A stretch of 62,779 bases of DNA, filler included, from Candidatus Tectimicrobiota bacterium (GTDB lineage: Bacteria > JACPSX01): NCBI GenBank assembly GCA_016193065.1. It is 7 parts of 7 records of this genome, joined end to end, with 100 filler letters (N's around TTAATTAATTAA, not from the genome) between each part and the next. Parts side by side here need not be neighbours in the genome. Positions count along the whole stretch, not along the records: positions 1 to 27,074 come from JACPSX010000127.1; positions 27,175 to 30,751 come from JACPSX010000084.1; 5 more parts are not named here. One strand, 5' to 3'. Under the pieces are notes generated by a model that did no database searches, was not told where the DNA came from, and was given only the letters and a program-made list of their open reading frames with translations. Shown here piece by piece: positions 19,095 through 29,199 of the stretch. The position numbers were made by a program, and so were the translations under genes. How positions within the stretch are numbered: the first letter of the stretch is position 1; every line of letters begins with the position of its first letter.

Positions 19095-20867
19095 TTACGC
19101 CCTTGTCGCGCCAAGGACCGCAAACCGCCGGCCGGCGATCCAGTAGGCGGCCACCATCGGCACCAGAATCAGGAATCCGATCAGCGCCACCGCGGAGGCC
19201 CGGCCGCTCTGCCCGCCGCTCCAGTAGGACCAGATCACGATGGGCAGCGTTATGTTACCGCGCGTCGTGGCCAGCATGGCGGCCATGGTGAATTCTCTGA
19301 AGGTGAGAAGGGCCATCCACAGCCAGCTGGATAAAATCGCGGGCCGCAAGAGGGGGAGCAGGATTTTCCACAGGATGACTCGACCCGGAATGCCGCTCAC
19401 GCGTCCCACTTCTTCGAGCTCTTTGTGGAGCTGTACCAGGGAACTGCTCAGGACGCGCGTGCCGAAGGCCAGCCAGGCCAGGGTGTACACGATGATGAGA
19501 ATCGCGAGTTTGCCGTAAATCGGCAGGATTTTCTGTAAAAGAAACAAAGCCGCGACCAGAATGCTGAATGCAAAAATGATATGCGGGACCGCATGGGGGA
19601 CGAACGCGCTGAAATCGAGCACCACTTTTCCTTGAAAGCGCGAACGCACGACGATCCAGGCGATCGCGCCGCCGAAAACGAGCACCAAAGTCGGTACGAC
19701 CAGCATCAGCACGGCGGAATTCTTTGCCCCCGCAAGAACCATGCTCCAATCGACGTCATGGAGATTCGCCAGGGAGGCGAGCTTCAGGGCGGAAAGCGAC
19801 GGCGGCTGGAACCAGCGCATCACTGAAGCCCAAACGAGAACGAGCAGCGGCATGACAATGGTGAAAAGGAAATAGAGGCCGATCAAAAGCCAAACGCCGA
19901 CCACCGTCTTGCTGCGCAGTTTTACCAGCCGGGAGCTGTACCCCTGCCCGGTCACGACCGCGTACTTGTAAGAGCGCTTGAGCACGCTCACGTACATCCA
20001 GCAGGACAGCAGAGCGAACACGATCATCACGCTGCTGATCGCGCCCACCAGACCGTAATTCGGCAAACCCTCGCGCGGGTTCGCGCTGATATAGACAAAA
20101 GTGCTGAAAGTAAGTATCCGGTTCGACAATCCGATAATGGCGGGGATGTCGAAAGCGGCAATGGCAATGGTGATCACGTAGAGGAACGCCCCGAGAAGCG
20201 AAGGCAGGAGCAGAGGGAGAGAAATCCGGCGCAGCGTCCCCAGTAAGCTCAGGCCGTGAACCCGCGCCGCTTCTTCCACCGCAGGATTCATCGCCCTGTA
20301 GCTCGGCCCCAGGGTAATGAAAACGACGGGAACCAGATTGAGTCCCTGGATAATGCCCATTCCGGGTACGGAGACAATATTCACCAGGCTGTGATCCAAC
20401 CCCAGCAGGTTCTTGAAGGCCATGTTGATGATGCCGATCTCCGGATGAAAAAGAAACACCCATCCCATGGCGATGAAGACGCCCGGCAGAAGCAATCCGG
20501 AGACCATGAGAACATAAATGATCCCCTTCCCCGGCAAATTGGAGCGTTCGGCCAGCCAGGCCAGGGGAACGCCCATTCCGAAAGCCACCGCCATGGCGAT
20601 CAAGGCGAACTGCGCCGTGTTGAAAAGAGCCCGGTAGAGGAGAGGGTCCGCCCATAGAGCGCGGTAATGATCCAATGTGACGCCGGTGCTGAAGATTCCG
20701 GAATTCACGTCTCTGACCAGACCCACCCACAGGATCAACCCTACAAGAAAAAGGATGACGAAAGCCGGTGCCGTACTGAGGATCAACAGGACGTGCCGGG
20801 TGCTGAATCTAAGATGGGGGATCATGCCGATCCGGGCCGGCCGGAGTTCGGCGCTCATTTCTTCCAT
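19095..20867 (-). CDS. ABC transporter permease (FbpB-like, two fused TMDs)
   Basis: about 12 hydrophobic segments with two EAA loops (VEEAARVHG, LEEVGRVSG). Confidence 0.9.
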   Translation of the reverse strand: MEEMSAELRPARIGMIPHLRFSTRHVLLILSTAPAFVILFLVGLILWVGLVRDVNSGIFSTGVTLDHYRALWADPLLYRALFNTAQFALIAMAVAFGMGVPLAWLAERSNLPGKGIIYVLMVSGLLLPGVFIAMGWVFLFHPEIGIINMAFKNLLGLDHSLVNIVSVPGMGIIQGLNLVPVVFITLGPSYRAMNPAVEEAARVHGLSLLGTLRRISLPLLLPSLLGAFLYVITIAIAAFDIPAIIGLSNRILTFSTFVYISANPREGLPNYGLVGAISSVMIVFALLSCWMYVSVLKRSYKYAVVTGQGYSSRLVKLRSKTVVGVWLLIGLYFLFTIVMPLLVLVWASVMRWFQPPSLSALKLASLANLHDVDWSMVLAGAKNSAVLMLVVPTLVLVFGGAIAWIVVRSRFQGKVVLDFSAFVPHAVPHIIFAFSILVAALFLLQKILPIYGKLAILIIVYTLAWLAFGTRVLSSSLVQLHKELEEVGRVSGIPGRVILWKILLPLLRPAILSSWLWMALLTFREFTMAAMLATTRGNITLPIVIWSYWSGGQSGRASAVALIGFLILVPMVAAYWIAGRRFAVLGATRA

Positions 20868-20938
20868 ATCGCTTGTCTCAGGCTTCCCGTTCGATCACCA
20901 CCGATGAGAAAAAAACGCCGCCGCGTGCTGCGAGCCCG

Positions 20939-21709
20939 TTAAGCGATCATCCCTCCGAAGAGCTCGCTGATGTGGTTGCCGATCTCTTCGGCCGTGCGGC
21001 TGGTCAGATTCCGCGGCCTGCTCAAGGGAACCCGAACTTCCTCCAGGAGAGCGGTCGGTTTGTCGGAAAACACCAGGATCCGATCGGAGAGGTAAACTGC
21101 CTCGCTCACCGAATGAGTCACATAGACAACGGTCTTGCGCTTCACCTCCCAGAGGTGCGCGATCTCGTTCATCAGTTGCCTCTTTTCCGTAATCTCGTTC
21201 AAGCTGGCCAGGGGCTCATCCATCAGCATGATATCGGCGTCCAGGACCAAGGCCCTGGCCAGGTTGATCCGCTGGCGCATGCCGCCGCTCAACTGCCGGG
21301 GCAGGTGGTCGGCAAAATCCAGCAGACCCACAAACTTGATAGCTTCTCTTGCTCGCCTTCCGGCCTCCTCTTTCGAGACCTCCGGGTAGCGCATCTCCAG
21401 GGCAAAAGTGACGTTTTGCAGCGCGGTGCGCCAGGGCAGCAGCCGGGGATCCTGCCATACCAGGCTGATCTTGCCCTTGTACTCCTCGTGCCGGGCAAAG
21501 CCGTCCACGCCGTTCACCTCGATGGTCCCCCGGTCCGGTTGCTCCAGAGTCGCCAGGATCCGCAACAGTGTCGTTTTGCCGCACCCGGAAGGGCCGAAGA
21601 TCGTGACGAATTCTCCCTGGGCCACCCGGAAAGAGAGGCTGTTGAGCACCTGCAGAGAGCCAAAGCACTTGCTCAACCGGCTCACTTCGATCATTTCTCG
21701 GTCTGCCAT
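20939..21709 (-). CDS. NitT/TauT-family ABC ATP-binding protein
   Basis: GPSGCGKT, QDPRLLPW, LSGGMRQR, LMDEP, VTHSVSEAVYLSDR. Confidence 0.92.
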   Translation of the reverse strand: MADREMIEVSRLSKCFGSLQVLNSLSFRVAQGEFVTIFGPSGCGKTTLLRILATLEQPDRGTIEVNGVDGFARHEEYKGKISLVWQDPRLLPWRTALQNVTFALEMRYPEVSKEEAGRRAREAIKFVGLLDFADHLPRQLSGGMRQRINLARALVLDADIMLMDEPLASLNEITEKRQLMNEIAHLWEVKRKTVVYVTHSVSEAVYLSDRILVFSDKPTALLEEVRVPLSRPRNLTSRTAEEIGNHISELFGGMIA

Positions 21710-22515
21710 TTGTAGAGGTATTTTCTCTCGGTGACGTCAAAAACATAGTACTCAAAGAAGACCACCAGCATGACCAGAAGGAAGGTCCAGGCAAAGACCA
21801 TGTCCGTCTTGTACTCCTGCTGGGACAGGTAGACCATGAACCCCATGCCGCTGGTCGCCCCCAGCAACTCGCCCACCAGGGCCAGCTTGAAGGCCACCGA
21901 GAATGAGAGTTTGGTGGAAGCGAAGAGCACCGGCACGAGCATTGGCAGAACCACCTTCTTGAGAATGCGGGTGCGGTTGCTGGTGAGCACGGTGGCCATC
22001 TCCACCAGCGTGGAATCAATCACCTTCATTCCTTCCCACAGGTCGATCATGTAAATCGGCAACACCGTGATCACGATGACGAAGATCACTGTGCCTGAGC
22101 CCAGGCCGAACCAGACGATGGCCAGAAGTGCAACGGCCACCGGCGGGATGGCCCGCATTCCCGGATAAAACACCTTCAAGAAGTAATAGCGGAAGGGGCT
22201 CCAGTATCTCGCTGCAATGACCGCCGCGGCGGCAATGAACATGGAGACCAGCACGCCGGCCACCGTGCGGCCGAAGGTGATCCCCACGTGCTTGATCAGA
22301 TTCACGTTGCTGAGGATCTTGCCGACAGCCACCAGGGTTCTCAGGGGGTTCGGAAAAATATCCGGGCCCATCCGTAATCCCAGGACATACCACAGGAGAA
22401 CCGTAATGGCATAGGAGATCACCAGGCCGCGGATCCCCTTCCCCACCTGAGCCCAGCCGCGGGATCTCCCTTCGCCAGTCGTTATTGGCAACTGCATTTG
22501 CAATGCCCCACCCAT
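21691..22515 (-). CDS. NitT/TauT-family ABC permease
   Basis: IPPVA..LLAIVWFGLG, LVEMA, VGELLGATSGMG. Confidence 0.9.
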   Translation of the reverse strand: MGGALQMQLPITTGEGRSRGWAQVGKGIRGLVISYAITVLLWYVLGLRMGPDIFPNPLRTLVAVGKILSNVNLIKHVGITFGRTVAGVLVSMFIAAAAVIAARYWSPFRYYFLKVFYPGMRAIPPVAVALLAIVWFGLGSGTVIFVIVITVLPIYMIDLWEGMKVIDSTLVEMATVLTSNRTRILKKVVLPMLVPVLFASTKLSFSVAFKLALVGELLGATSGMGFMVYLSQQEYKTDMVFAWTFLLVMLVVFFEYYVFDVTERKYLYKWQTEK

Positions 22516-22593
22516 GCGCTCAAGTGCTCCCCCCTCTCCCCGCCCTCTCTCCCTAGAAGGGGGAGAGGATGAAGGTGAGGGGGTGGGTCACCC

Positions 22594-23607
22594 TTAGCGC
22601 GCCGGCTCTCCCAGGTTGGCAAACAGTGTGGCCGGGTCGAGTTCTTTGTCGATCAACTTCAGCTCCACCGCGTACTTCAGGAGGAGCTTCATGCTGTCCC
22701 GATCTTTCGGGCTCACGTCAAAGGGGAAGTACGCGGTCCCCATGCCCCGCTTCAAATGGTCCTTGCTGAAACCCAGTTTCTTGGCGGCGCTCTCCAGGAC
22801 CTGATCCGTGTGCTGCAAGCCGTATTCCCTGGATTTTTGCAGAGCCGACAGGACGCTCTTCAAAGCCTTGGGATACTTTTCGACGGTGCTTTTTTTAGCC
22901 ACAATGAGAGTGGTAATTGTCGTAGCGCCCGTCATGGCTTCCCACTCATCTGGAGTGACAAGGAGCACTTTGATCGAGGGATCGCGCTGGGCCCGGTAGC
23001 TGGGCTCCCCATACAAGTTGGTGGCGTCGATTTCACCTGACTGGAGGAGCTGGTAGAGAATGGGAGGGGGTTTATCCACCCAGGTGATCTTGCTGAGATC
23101 CACTCCGAATTTATCCCTGAGGATCGCCTGAGTATAAAGAGCGGAAGCGGACCTCAGCAAGGGCAAGCCGATCTTCTTTCCTTCCAGCTTCTTCGGATGA
23201 TCGATTCCCGCGGCGGCTCGGACGTAGAGCGCGTTCGCCGGAGTGCCGGAACGCTCGGTCTTTTGCAGGTGTTGCTCCACCGCGATGGCAACCAGAGGCA
23301 ATCCCCGGGCCCGGGCAGTGAAGTAGGCAAGAAAAGCCATGATTCCCAAATCGCGCTGGCCCGCCATCATCAGGCGCTCGGCAGCGTCGATGGGGGAATG
23401 CATGATTTGGAGATCCACCCCCTCCGGCTTGACAATCCCTTCGTACAAAGCCTGGTAGCTAATGACAGCGTTGGCCGCATAACCGTAGGGGTAGTCCCCG
23501 AAAGTCAGGGGTACTTTCTCCTGCCCCATGGCCGGCCAGCCCCCGACCACCAGCCAGGAGGCCAACGCGACCAGGAGCGGAATCCATCTGCGATTTGCGC
23601 TTCTCAC
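22594..23607 (-). CDS. NitT/TauT (SsuA/NMT1-like) substrate-binding protein
   Basis: signal peptide; LEGKKIG, LQSGEIDA, VEKYP. Confidence 0.85.
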   Translation of the reverse strand: MRSANRRWIPLLVALASWLVVGGWPAMGQEKVPLTFGDYPYGYAANAVISYQALYEGIVKPEGVDLQIMHSPIDAAERLMMAGQRDLGIMAFLAYFTARARGLPLVAIAVEQHLQKTERSGTPANALYVRAAAGIDHPKKLEGKKIGLPLLRSASALYTQAILRDKFGVDLSKITWVDKPPPILYQLLQSGEIDATNLYGEPSYRAQRDPSIKVLLVTPDEWEAMTGATTITTLIVAKKSTVEKYPKALKSVLSALQKSREYGLQHTDQVLESAAKKLGFSKDHLKRGMGTAYFPFDVSPKDRDSMKLLLKYAVELKLIDKELDPATLFANLGEPAR

Positions 23608-23661
23608 GTTCTTCTCTCCTTCTTCCCTCGAACCGACTCCTTGCGAATCCGCATGTGATGA

Positions 23662-24663
23662 TCAGCCCAGGTTGAAAAACAAGGTCGACGGGTCCAGCTC
23701 TTTGTCGATCATCTTCAGCTCCACGGCGTACTTCATGAGAAGCTTGAGGCTCTCGCGGTCCTTGGGGCTGACCTCAAAGGCGAAGTACGCCGTCCCCACC
23801 CCCTGCTTCAAATGTTCCTTGCTGAGGCCCAATTTCTTGGCGGCAATGTCCAGGATCTGGTCCGTGTTCTGCAAACCGTACTCCCGCGACTTCTGCATGG
23901 CGGAGAGGACGCTCTTCACCGCCTTCGGATATTTCTCCACGATGCTCGTTTTGGCCACGATCAGAGTGGTAATCGTCGTAGTACCCGTCCAGGCTTCCCA
24001 GGTATCGGGGGTGACGAAGGATACCTTCAAAGAGGGCTCCCGCAAGGCCCGGTAGCTGGGTTCGCCGTACAGAACCGCCGCGTCGATCTCCCCCGACTGC
24101 AGTATCTGGTAGAGGATGGGAGGCGGTTTATCCACCCAGGTGATCCTGCTCAAATCCACTCCGTACCGATCCTTGAGAATCGCCTGCGTGTAGAGGGAGG
24201 AGGCCGAGCGCAGCAGGGGCAATCCGACCTTTTTCCCTTCCAGCTTTTTCGGATTGTCGACTCCGGCGGCGACTCGAACGTATAGAGCATTGGCCGGAGT
24301 GCCGGTACGCTCGGTTTGCTGCAGCCGCTGTTCGACGGCCACGGCGACCAGTGGGACTCCCCGGGCCCGGGCGGTGAAATAGGCGAGGAACGACATGGTC
24401 CCCAGGTCACGCTGGCCGGCCATCATGAGGCGCTCATTAGCGTCGATGGGGGCGTGCAGGACTTTGAAGTCCACCCGTTCCGGTTTGACGATGCCCTCAT
24501 AGAGGGCCGTGTAGCTGAGGACGGCGTTGGCCGCATAGCCGTAAGGATTGTCCCCGAATGTCAGAGCTGCTTTCTCTTGCCCCATGGCCGGCGGGATCCC
24601 GATCGCCAGCCAGGCGACGACGGCAGCCCATAAGAACTTCTTTGGTCGCATTCCGCAGATCAC
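23662..24663 (-). CDS. NitT/TauT substrate-binding protein, close tandem paralog of the preceding gene
   Basis: long identical stretches with 22594-23607 (PYGYAANAV, ERLMMAGQRDLG, GTPANALYVR, ITWVDKPPPILYQ); probable GTG start with GGAGGG RBS. Confidence 0.85.
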   Translation of the reverse strand: MICGMRPKKFLWAAVVAWLAIGIPPAMGQEKAALTFGDNPYGYAANAVLSYTALYEGIVKPERVDFKVLHAPIDANERLMMAGQRDLGTMSFLAYFTARARGVPLVAVAVEQRLQQTERTGTPANALYVRVAAGVDNPKKLEGKKVGLPLLRSASSLYTQAILKDRYGVDLSRITWVDKPPPILYQILQSGEIDAAVLYGEPSYRALREPSLKVSFVTPDTWEAWTGTTTITTLIVAKTSIVEKYPKAVKSVLSAMQKSREYGLQNTDQILDIAAKKLGLSKEHLKQGVGTAYFAFEVSPKDRESLKLLMKYAVELKMIDKELDPSTLFFNLG

Positions 24664-25048
24664 GTTTCGTCCCTCCCCCGCTGAAAAGGATGCCGGCCTA
24701 CCCTTTCCCCGCACAGCATGGTAGACACCTACTGATTGACTCTCGCTCAAACCCAGTTGGAAAACTTAATGTTTGATGTTTGTATCATATGAGTGGGGGA
24801 AAAATCAAGCAAAACGCCGGCACCGGAATTCGCATCAGGCGGAGCGCAGACTGTAGACAAACTGCCCCGCCGCCAGGAGCTGCAGCGAGGCATCGTGCCC
24901 CTCTTTTCTGACCTGAAGACCATTGGCCGAAAGTCCTTCCGGAAACTTCGTGGCTCTCTCCTCTCCCCAGGATCCTGGAGTTGAGCGTACCCCCGTTCCC
25001 GAATGCATCGAAGAGAACAGAAATCGATGCCGGATGCCGGGATTCGCG

Positions 25049-26305
25049 TTAACCGCGCTCGCACATGAAAGTAGGCAACCTGTTGAGCTCTTCCGCCCCC
25101 TGGGCGGTCACAATCACGGTGCCGCCGATGTTCACCCGGTGCTTTCCCTGGCACGCGTTGGGCTCAAAGGCAAAAACCATCCCTTCCTTTAAGGTCATAT
25201 CGGCGTCTCTTAGGGCCGGCACTTCGGGGGCCACCCCCTTATACCGATCGATTCCGGGAAGCGCGCTGATCCCCACCCCGGTGAGGCCGATCCAGAAGAG
25301 AGGATTCAGGCTGTGGATGAGGGGCGTCAGTTGCCAGGCTCCCGCCTCAGCCAATGGGGCCCCCATGGCCTTCACGACTTCGCCAAACGTGTTTCCCGGC
25401 CGCAGCATCTGGAGCCCGGCTTCGTACGCGCGCCGCGCCACCCCCGCCAACTCCCGATTCACCGGATGGACGGGAGGAATGGCAACACACATCTGGATCT
25501 GCACCTCCAAACCGCCGTAGCGGGGAAAGATCTCGGCCAGAACCAGATCGCCTTCCTTGAGGATCCGCGGAGGCTGAGGCCGAAACAGCCACATGGGGGC
25601 ACCCCAGCTCGGATTGTCGGGCCCGGAATGGAGAATCAACGGACTTATGTAAGGGGACGTACTGCCGCTGGCGCCGTTTCGGTAGAGTATATTCATGACC
25701 CCCGCGTAGACCTCGGCCTCACTCGCCCCCGGTTTGCAGAGGCGCAACATCTCCTGGGAAGCTTCCTCGCCGATCTCGGCGGCCCTCCGCACCAGCGCCA
25801 GCTCCTCGGCGCTTTTCGGCCAAATCCGCTTGAGAAACGGCACGGTCACCTCCCGGAAGCGAGCCTTCGGCAACGCATCGAGTACATACTTCCACGTTGC
25901 GTAGGGCGCCCATCCTTCGAATTCCCCGGGACCACCGGCCTGGGTACCGATCACGCCGATCGCGGCATTCTCGCAGCCCTTCTCGCGGAGCACGCCCACA
26001 ATGCCGGGCCCGCTGGCGCCGACCCGCATGTCGCTGACCCAACTGGCTTCCCCGCGCAGAGAGCTCTCCAGGTGGGAAGCCAGGTCGAAAACCGCCCAGG
26101 CGAGATGAACCAACTCCCCTTCCAGGGGAAAAATCACGATCCCACCGGAGCGATCATTGGTCAGATAGCGGTCCAACTGTTCCCGACCCTTCGAGCCGAA
26201 GAGGATCAGGCAGTCGAGCCCTTCCTCTCTCATCAGGCTTCTGGCCAGAGCCCAACGACGATCCCGTTCCGCCAGGGAAAGGGCAGGATAGCGGGCGGTG
26301 TTCAT
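25049..26305 (-). CDS. M24 (Xaa-Pro peptidase/creatinase fold) hydrolase with non-canonical metal ligands
   Basis: SLAERDRRW..M...GLD, KSAEEL..VRRAA, KPG.SE, L.EGD.V, LKEGMVFAFEPN, IVTAQGAE. Confidence 0.82.
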   Translation of the reverse strand: MNTARYPALSLAERDRRWALARSLMREEGLDCLILFGSKGREQLDRYLTNDRSGGIVIFPLEGELVHLAWAVFDLASHLESSLRGEASWVSDMRVGASGPGIVGVLREKGCENAAIGVIGTQAGGPGEFEGWAPYATWKYVLDALPKARFREVTVPFLKRIWPKSAEELALVRRAAEIGEEASQEMLRLCKPGASEAEVYAGVMNILYRNGASGSTSPYISPLILHSGPDNPSWGAPMWLFRPQPPRILKEGDLVLAEIFPRYGGLEVQIQMCVAIPPVHPVNRELAGVARRAYEAGLQMLRPGNTFGEVVKAMGAPLAEAGAWQLTPLIHSLNPLFWIGLTGVGISALPGIDRYKGVAPEVPALRDADMTLKEGMVFAFEPNACQGKHRVNIGGTVIVTAQGAEELNRLPTFMCERG

Positions 26306-26311
26306 GAGATC

Positions 26312-27074
26312 TTACCTCCTCAAGAGGGGAGCAACCTGGACATGGAATCTCCTGAGCTGCTCCACGGGGTTCAGGGAAGCAAACATGATGAATATCCTTC
26401 GGAGCGCCGGCACTTTCTTTTTCCAGGACAACCAGGTACTGACCAGCTCGGCAACCGCCTCGGGCGGCCCAAAGGTGCCTCGTTCCTTCAGCAAATCAAA
26501 GGGCGGAGCCCCTTGCACCTGATAGTAGCCTTTGCGGATCCGGGACGCATAGAACCGCTGCGCCTCCTCCAGCGCCTTCTTAGGGTCGTTGTTGATGTTT
26601 ATGGAACCGTAGGAATTGAGCGTAATGTCCCACTTGTCGTCGGCAATCGTTCGCCCGAACTCCTTGCCCGCAGCCTTGATGCGCTCCATGCCCTCGACAA
26701 GCTCCGCCTCACCAACGCTGTCAAGGTCGGGGAGCCAACCGTCACAAAAACGGGCAATCCTGCGAATGACGGAATCAATGAACCCACTGGGTTGCTTCAC
26801 GTCGGGATGCCACTCCTTTTCCGCTTTCCAATATCCCCCGCCCCACAGGATCGGAGGGTGCGGCTTCTTGACAGGCTTCGGCTCAAAGTAGTAATCCTTA
26901 AGCTGGAAGTACTTCCCCTGGTAAGAGACCTCCCCGTCCTCTGTCCACAACTTCTTCAAGCACTCCAGCATCTCGTCCGCCCGACCGGCTCGTTCTTTGT
27001 AAGAAACCCCCATCATCTCGAACTCGGAAGGGATCCATCCAACGCCGGCCCCCAGAATGAACCGCCCCTTTGAG
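26312..27074 (-). CDS. LLM-class oxidoreductase, 5'-truncated by the contig end
   Basis: GRFILGAGVGW..EF, PKPVKKPHPP; shares RI.KGY.QVQG.P and FASL.P with 15704-16741. Confidence 0.88.
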
Positions 27075-27174
27075 NNNNNNNNNNNNNNNNNNNNNNNNNN
27101 NNNNNNNNNNNNNNNNNNTTAATTAATTAANNNNNNNNNNNNNNNNNNNNNNNNNNNNNNNNNNNNNNNNNNNN
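27075..27174. other. artificial contig-join linker
   Basis: N44-TTAATTAATTAA-N44, stops in all six frames. Confidence 0.98.
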
Positions 27175-27587
27175 TCGTCGTGGGGGATGCGGCCCTCGTC
27201 CGACGGATCGTACACCCCAGACGTGACGTAGATCAGGTGGGCGGGGCCGCTGAGGCACTTGCAGCCGTGGGCGACGCCGGGGGGGATCTTCAGGACTTGC
27301 GCCGGCTGGTTGTCCCCCATGAGGAACTCCATCGTCTTCCGGTGCGTGGGTGAGCCGGGCCGCCGATCGTGCAGGGCAACCCGCAACACCCCGCAGACCA
27401 CATACCACCAGTCCACCTGCCTCTGGTGGATGTGCCAGGCCTTCGCCACACCCGGGTACATCAGGGAGTGGCTGCATTGGCCGAACCCTTCGCCGAAGAA
27501 CTCGTCGGTCACGCGGATGATCTCCCGGAAAAACCCCCGCTCATCCACATGGGTGACCAGCGGCTTCAACACCACGTCCTCAATCAC
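27175..27587 (-). CDS. dTDP-4-dehydrorhamnose 3,5-epimerase (RmlC-like) family, 3'-truncated
   Basis: [35 protein letters not shown]. Confidence 0.88.
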
Positions 27588-28535
27588 GGGATTGCTCCTG
27601 GAATGCGTGAACCGCCTTCACCACGGCTTGGACGTCGTCCTCGAACATCTCGGGATAGATGGGAAGGGACAGGACCTCCCGGGCCGCCCGCTCGCTCTCC
27701 GGCAACCGGTCCGCGCCCCGGAGACGGTCGCGGTAAGCCGGTTGCATGTGGACGGGTACTGGATAGTGGATCAAGGCGCCGATCTGCCGAGAGGCCAGGA
27801 ATCCCTGAAGGGCATCCCGCCGGTTGGCTCGGACCACGTACAGATGATAGACGTGCGTCACCCCGGGCCGGCACCGGGGCAGGCCCAGGCCGGTCCCAGA
27901 CAGGCCTTCCCCGTACAGCGCGGCCAGACGGGCCCGGCGGGCGTTGTCCGCGTCCAGGTGGCCGAGCTTGACCCGCAGGATGGCCGCCTGCAGCTCATCC
28001 AGCCGCGAGTTCAGGCCGGGAAGCCGGCTCACATACCGCTCCGCCCACCCGTATTCCCGCAGGAGGCGCGCCCGCTCGGCCAGTACGGGGTCAGCCGTCA
28101 CGATGATGCCGCCGTCCCCCATCGCCCCCAGATTCTTGGTGGGATAGAAGCTGAAGCATCGATTACGCGGATACCCTGCCGTCGCGCAACCTCCAGAATG
28201 GGATTCAGGTCCACGGGCTGGCCATAGAGATGGACGGGGACGATCGCCTTCGTCTTCGGGCCGATGGCGGCTTCCAGTTTCTCCGGATTCATCGTGTAAT
28301 AGTCGGGCTCGATATCCACGAGCACCGGCGTAGCCCCGCACAGCTCGATGGCAGCAACTGTCGCCACCGCCGTGTGCGAGACCGTGATGACCTCATCCCC
28401 GGCGAACTCCGCCTCAAACGACTGGACCTCCGTACCGAGGATGTATCGGCCACCAGCCAGCACGCGCTGAATGGCCGCATCAATCTCGCCCCTGTGTGCC
28501 TCATACTGGGCCAGGGGATTGGCGCACGGAATCAT
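27580..28535 (-). pseudogene. DegT/DnrJ/EryC1/StrS sugar aminotransferase with two internal deletions (possibly assembly errors)
   Basis: YILG.EV..FEAEFA^[17 protein letters not shown], then frameshift to [35 protein letters not shown]. Confidence 0.85.
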
Positions 28536-28722
28536 CCCAGCACCTGAACCTTGGGCACGTACACGATCCACTTCCCGCCGGCTGCCTTGAGTGCCTGCTC
28601 TTTCGCCATGATCTCTTCGGCATGATTCCAGCCGAACAGCAGCGCGTAGTCCGGATAGCGGGTCTTAAAGTCCTCGTACGGTCTGATGGGGATATGCGCA
28701 CCGGGGCTGAGCTTGCCCTGCT
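28532..28722 (-). pseudogene. C-terminal fragment of a sugar C-methyltransferase
   Basis: QGKLSPGAHIPI...PDYALLFGWNHAEEI..KE....GGKWIVYVP; upstream sequence is unrelated. Confidence 0.75.
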
Positions 28723-29199
28723 GGTCGGCGTGGTTACCTGGCAGGGAGCAGAACCGGTTTGCCTCAGTAGTCAAAATCTCGTCGGACCCCACTTTCATCA
28801 GTTGAATGGTCAGTGAGCCGCTGCCGCTGGCGGTCGAAGTAGTAGCCGAGCCGCTGTTATGCACTCGCCGCACGCTGCATCGAAGTGGGCCGCCTTCTCG
28901 CGGGAAGAAGAGCCTCGTCAGAAAGTCCGTTTCGTTTAAGGTGACCGTGTGGTAGCGGGCTACCTGGGCGGCACACGGCTGACACCGCATCGACTCGACA
29001 TTGAACCGCTGCTGATCGCTAAGGAGAGGGTGGCGCCAGACGAGAGGGGGCGGCAGGGCAGCGCCACGATCGCGCCACGGCTGAAGAGGCGCGATGAAGG
29101 TCCGCGTTAACACCACCGTGCCGAGTTCACAGACCACGAGGCGGTTTTGACTCGATCTCAGGAGCTAGCCCACCGCGTCGCCGTCAGAGGGACGGATTT

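Noticed and set aside
28840-28865. Possible attC (GCATAAC on the minus strand)
   Set aside because: No matching L boxes or GTTRRRY at a suitable distance.
28532-29137. 201-aa ORF as an intact gene
   Set aside because: Only the last ~60 aa resemble a methyltransferase; the rest is read-through of unrelated sequence.
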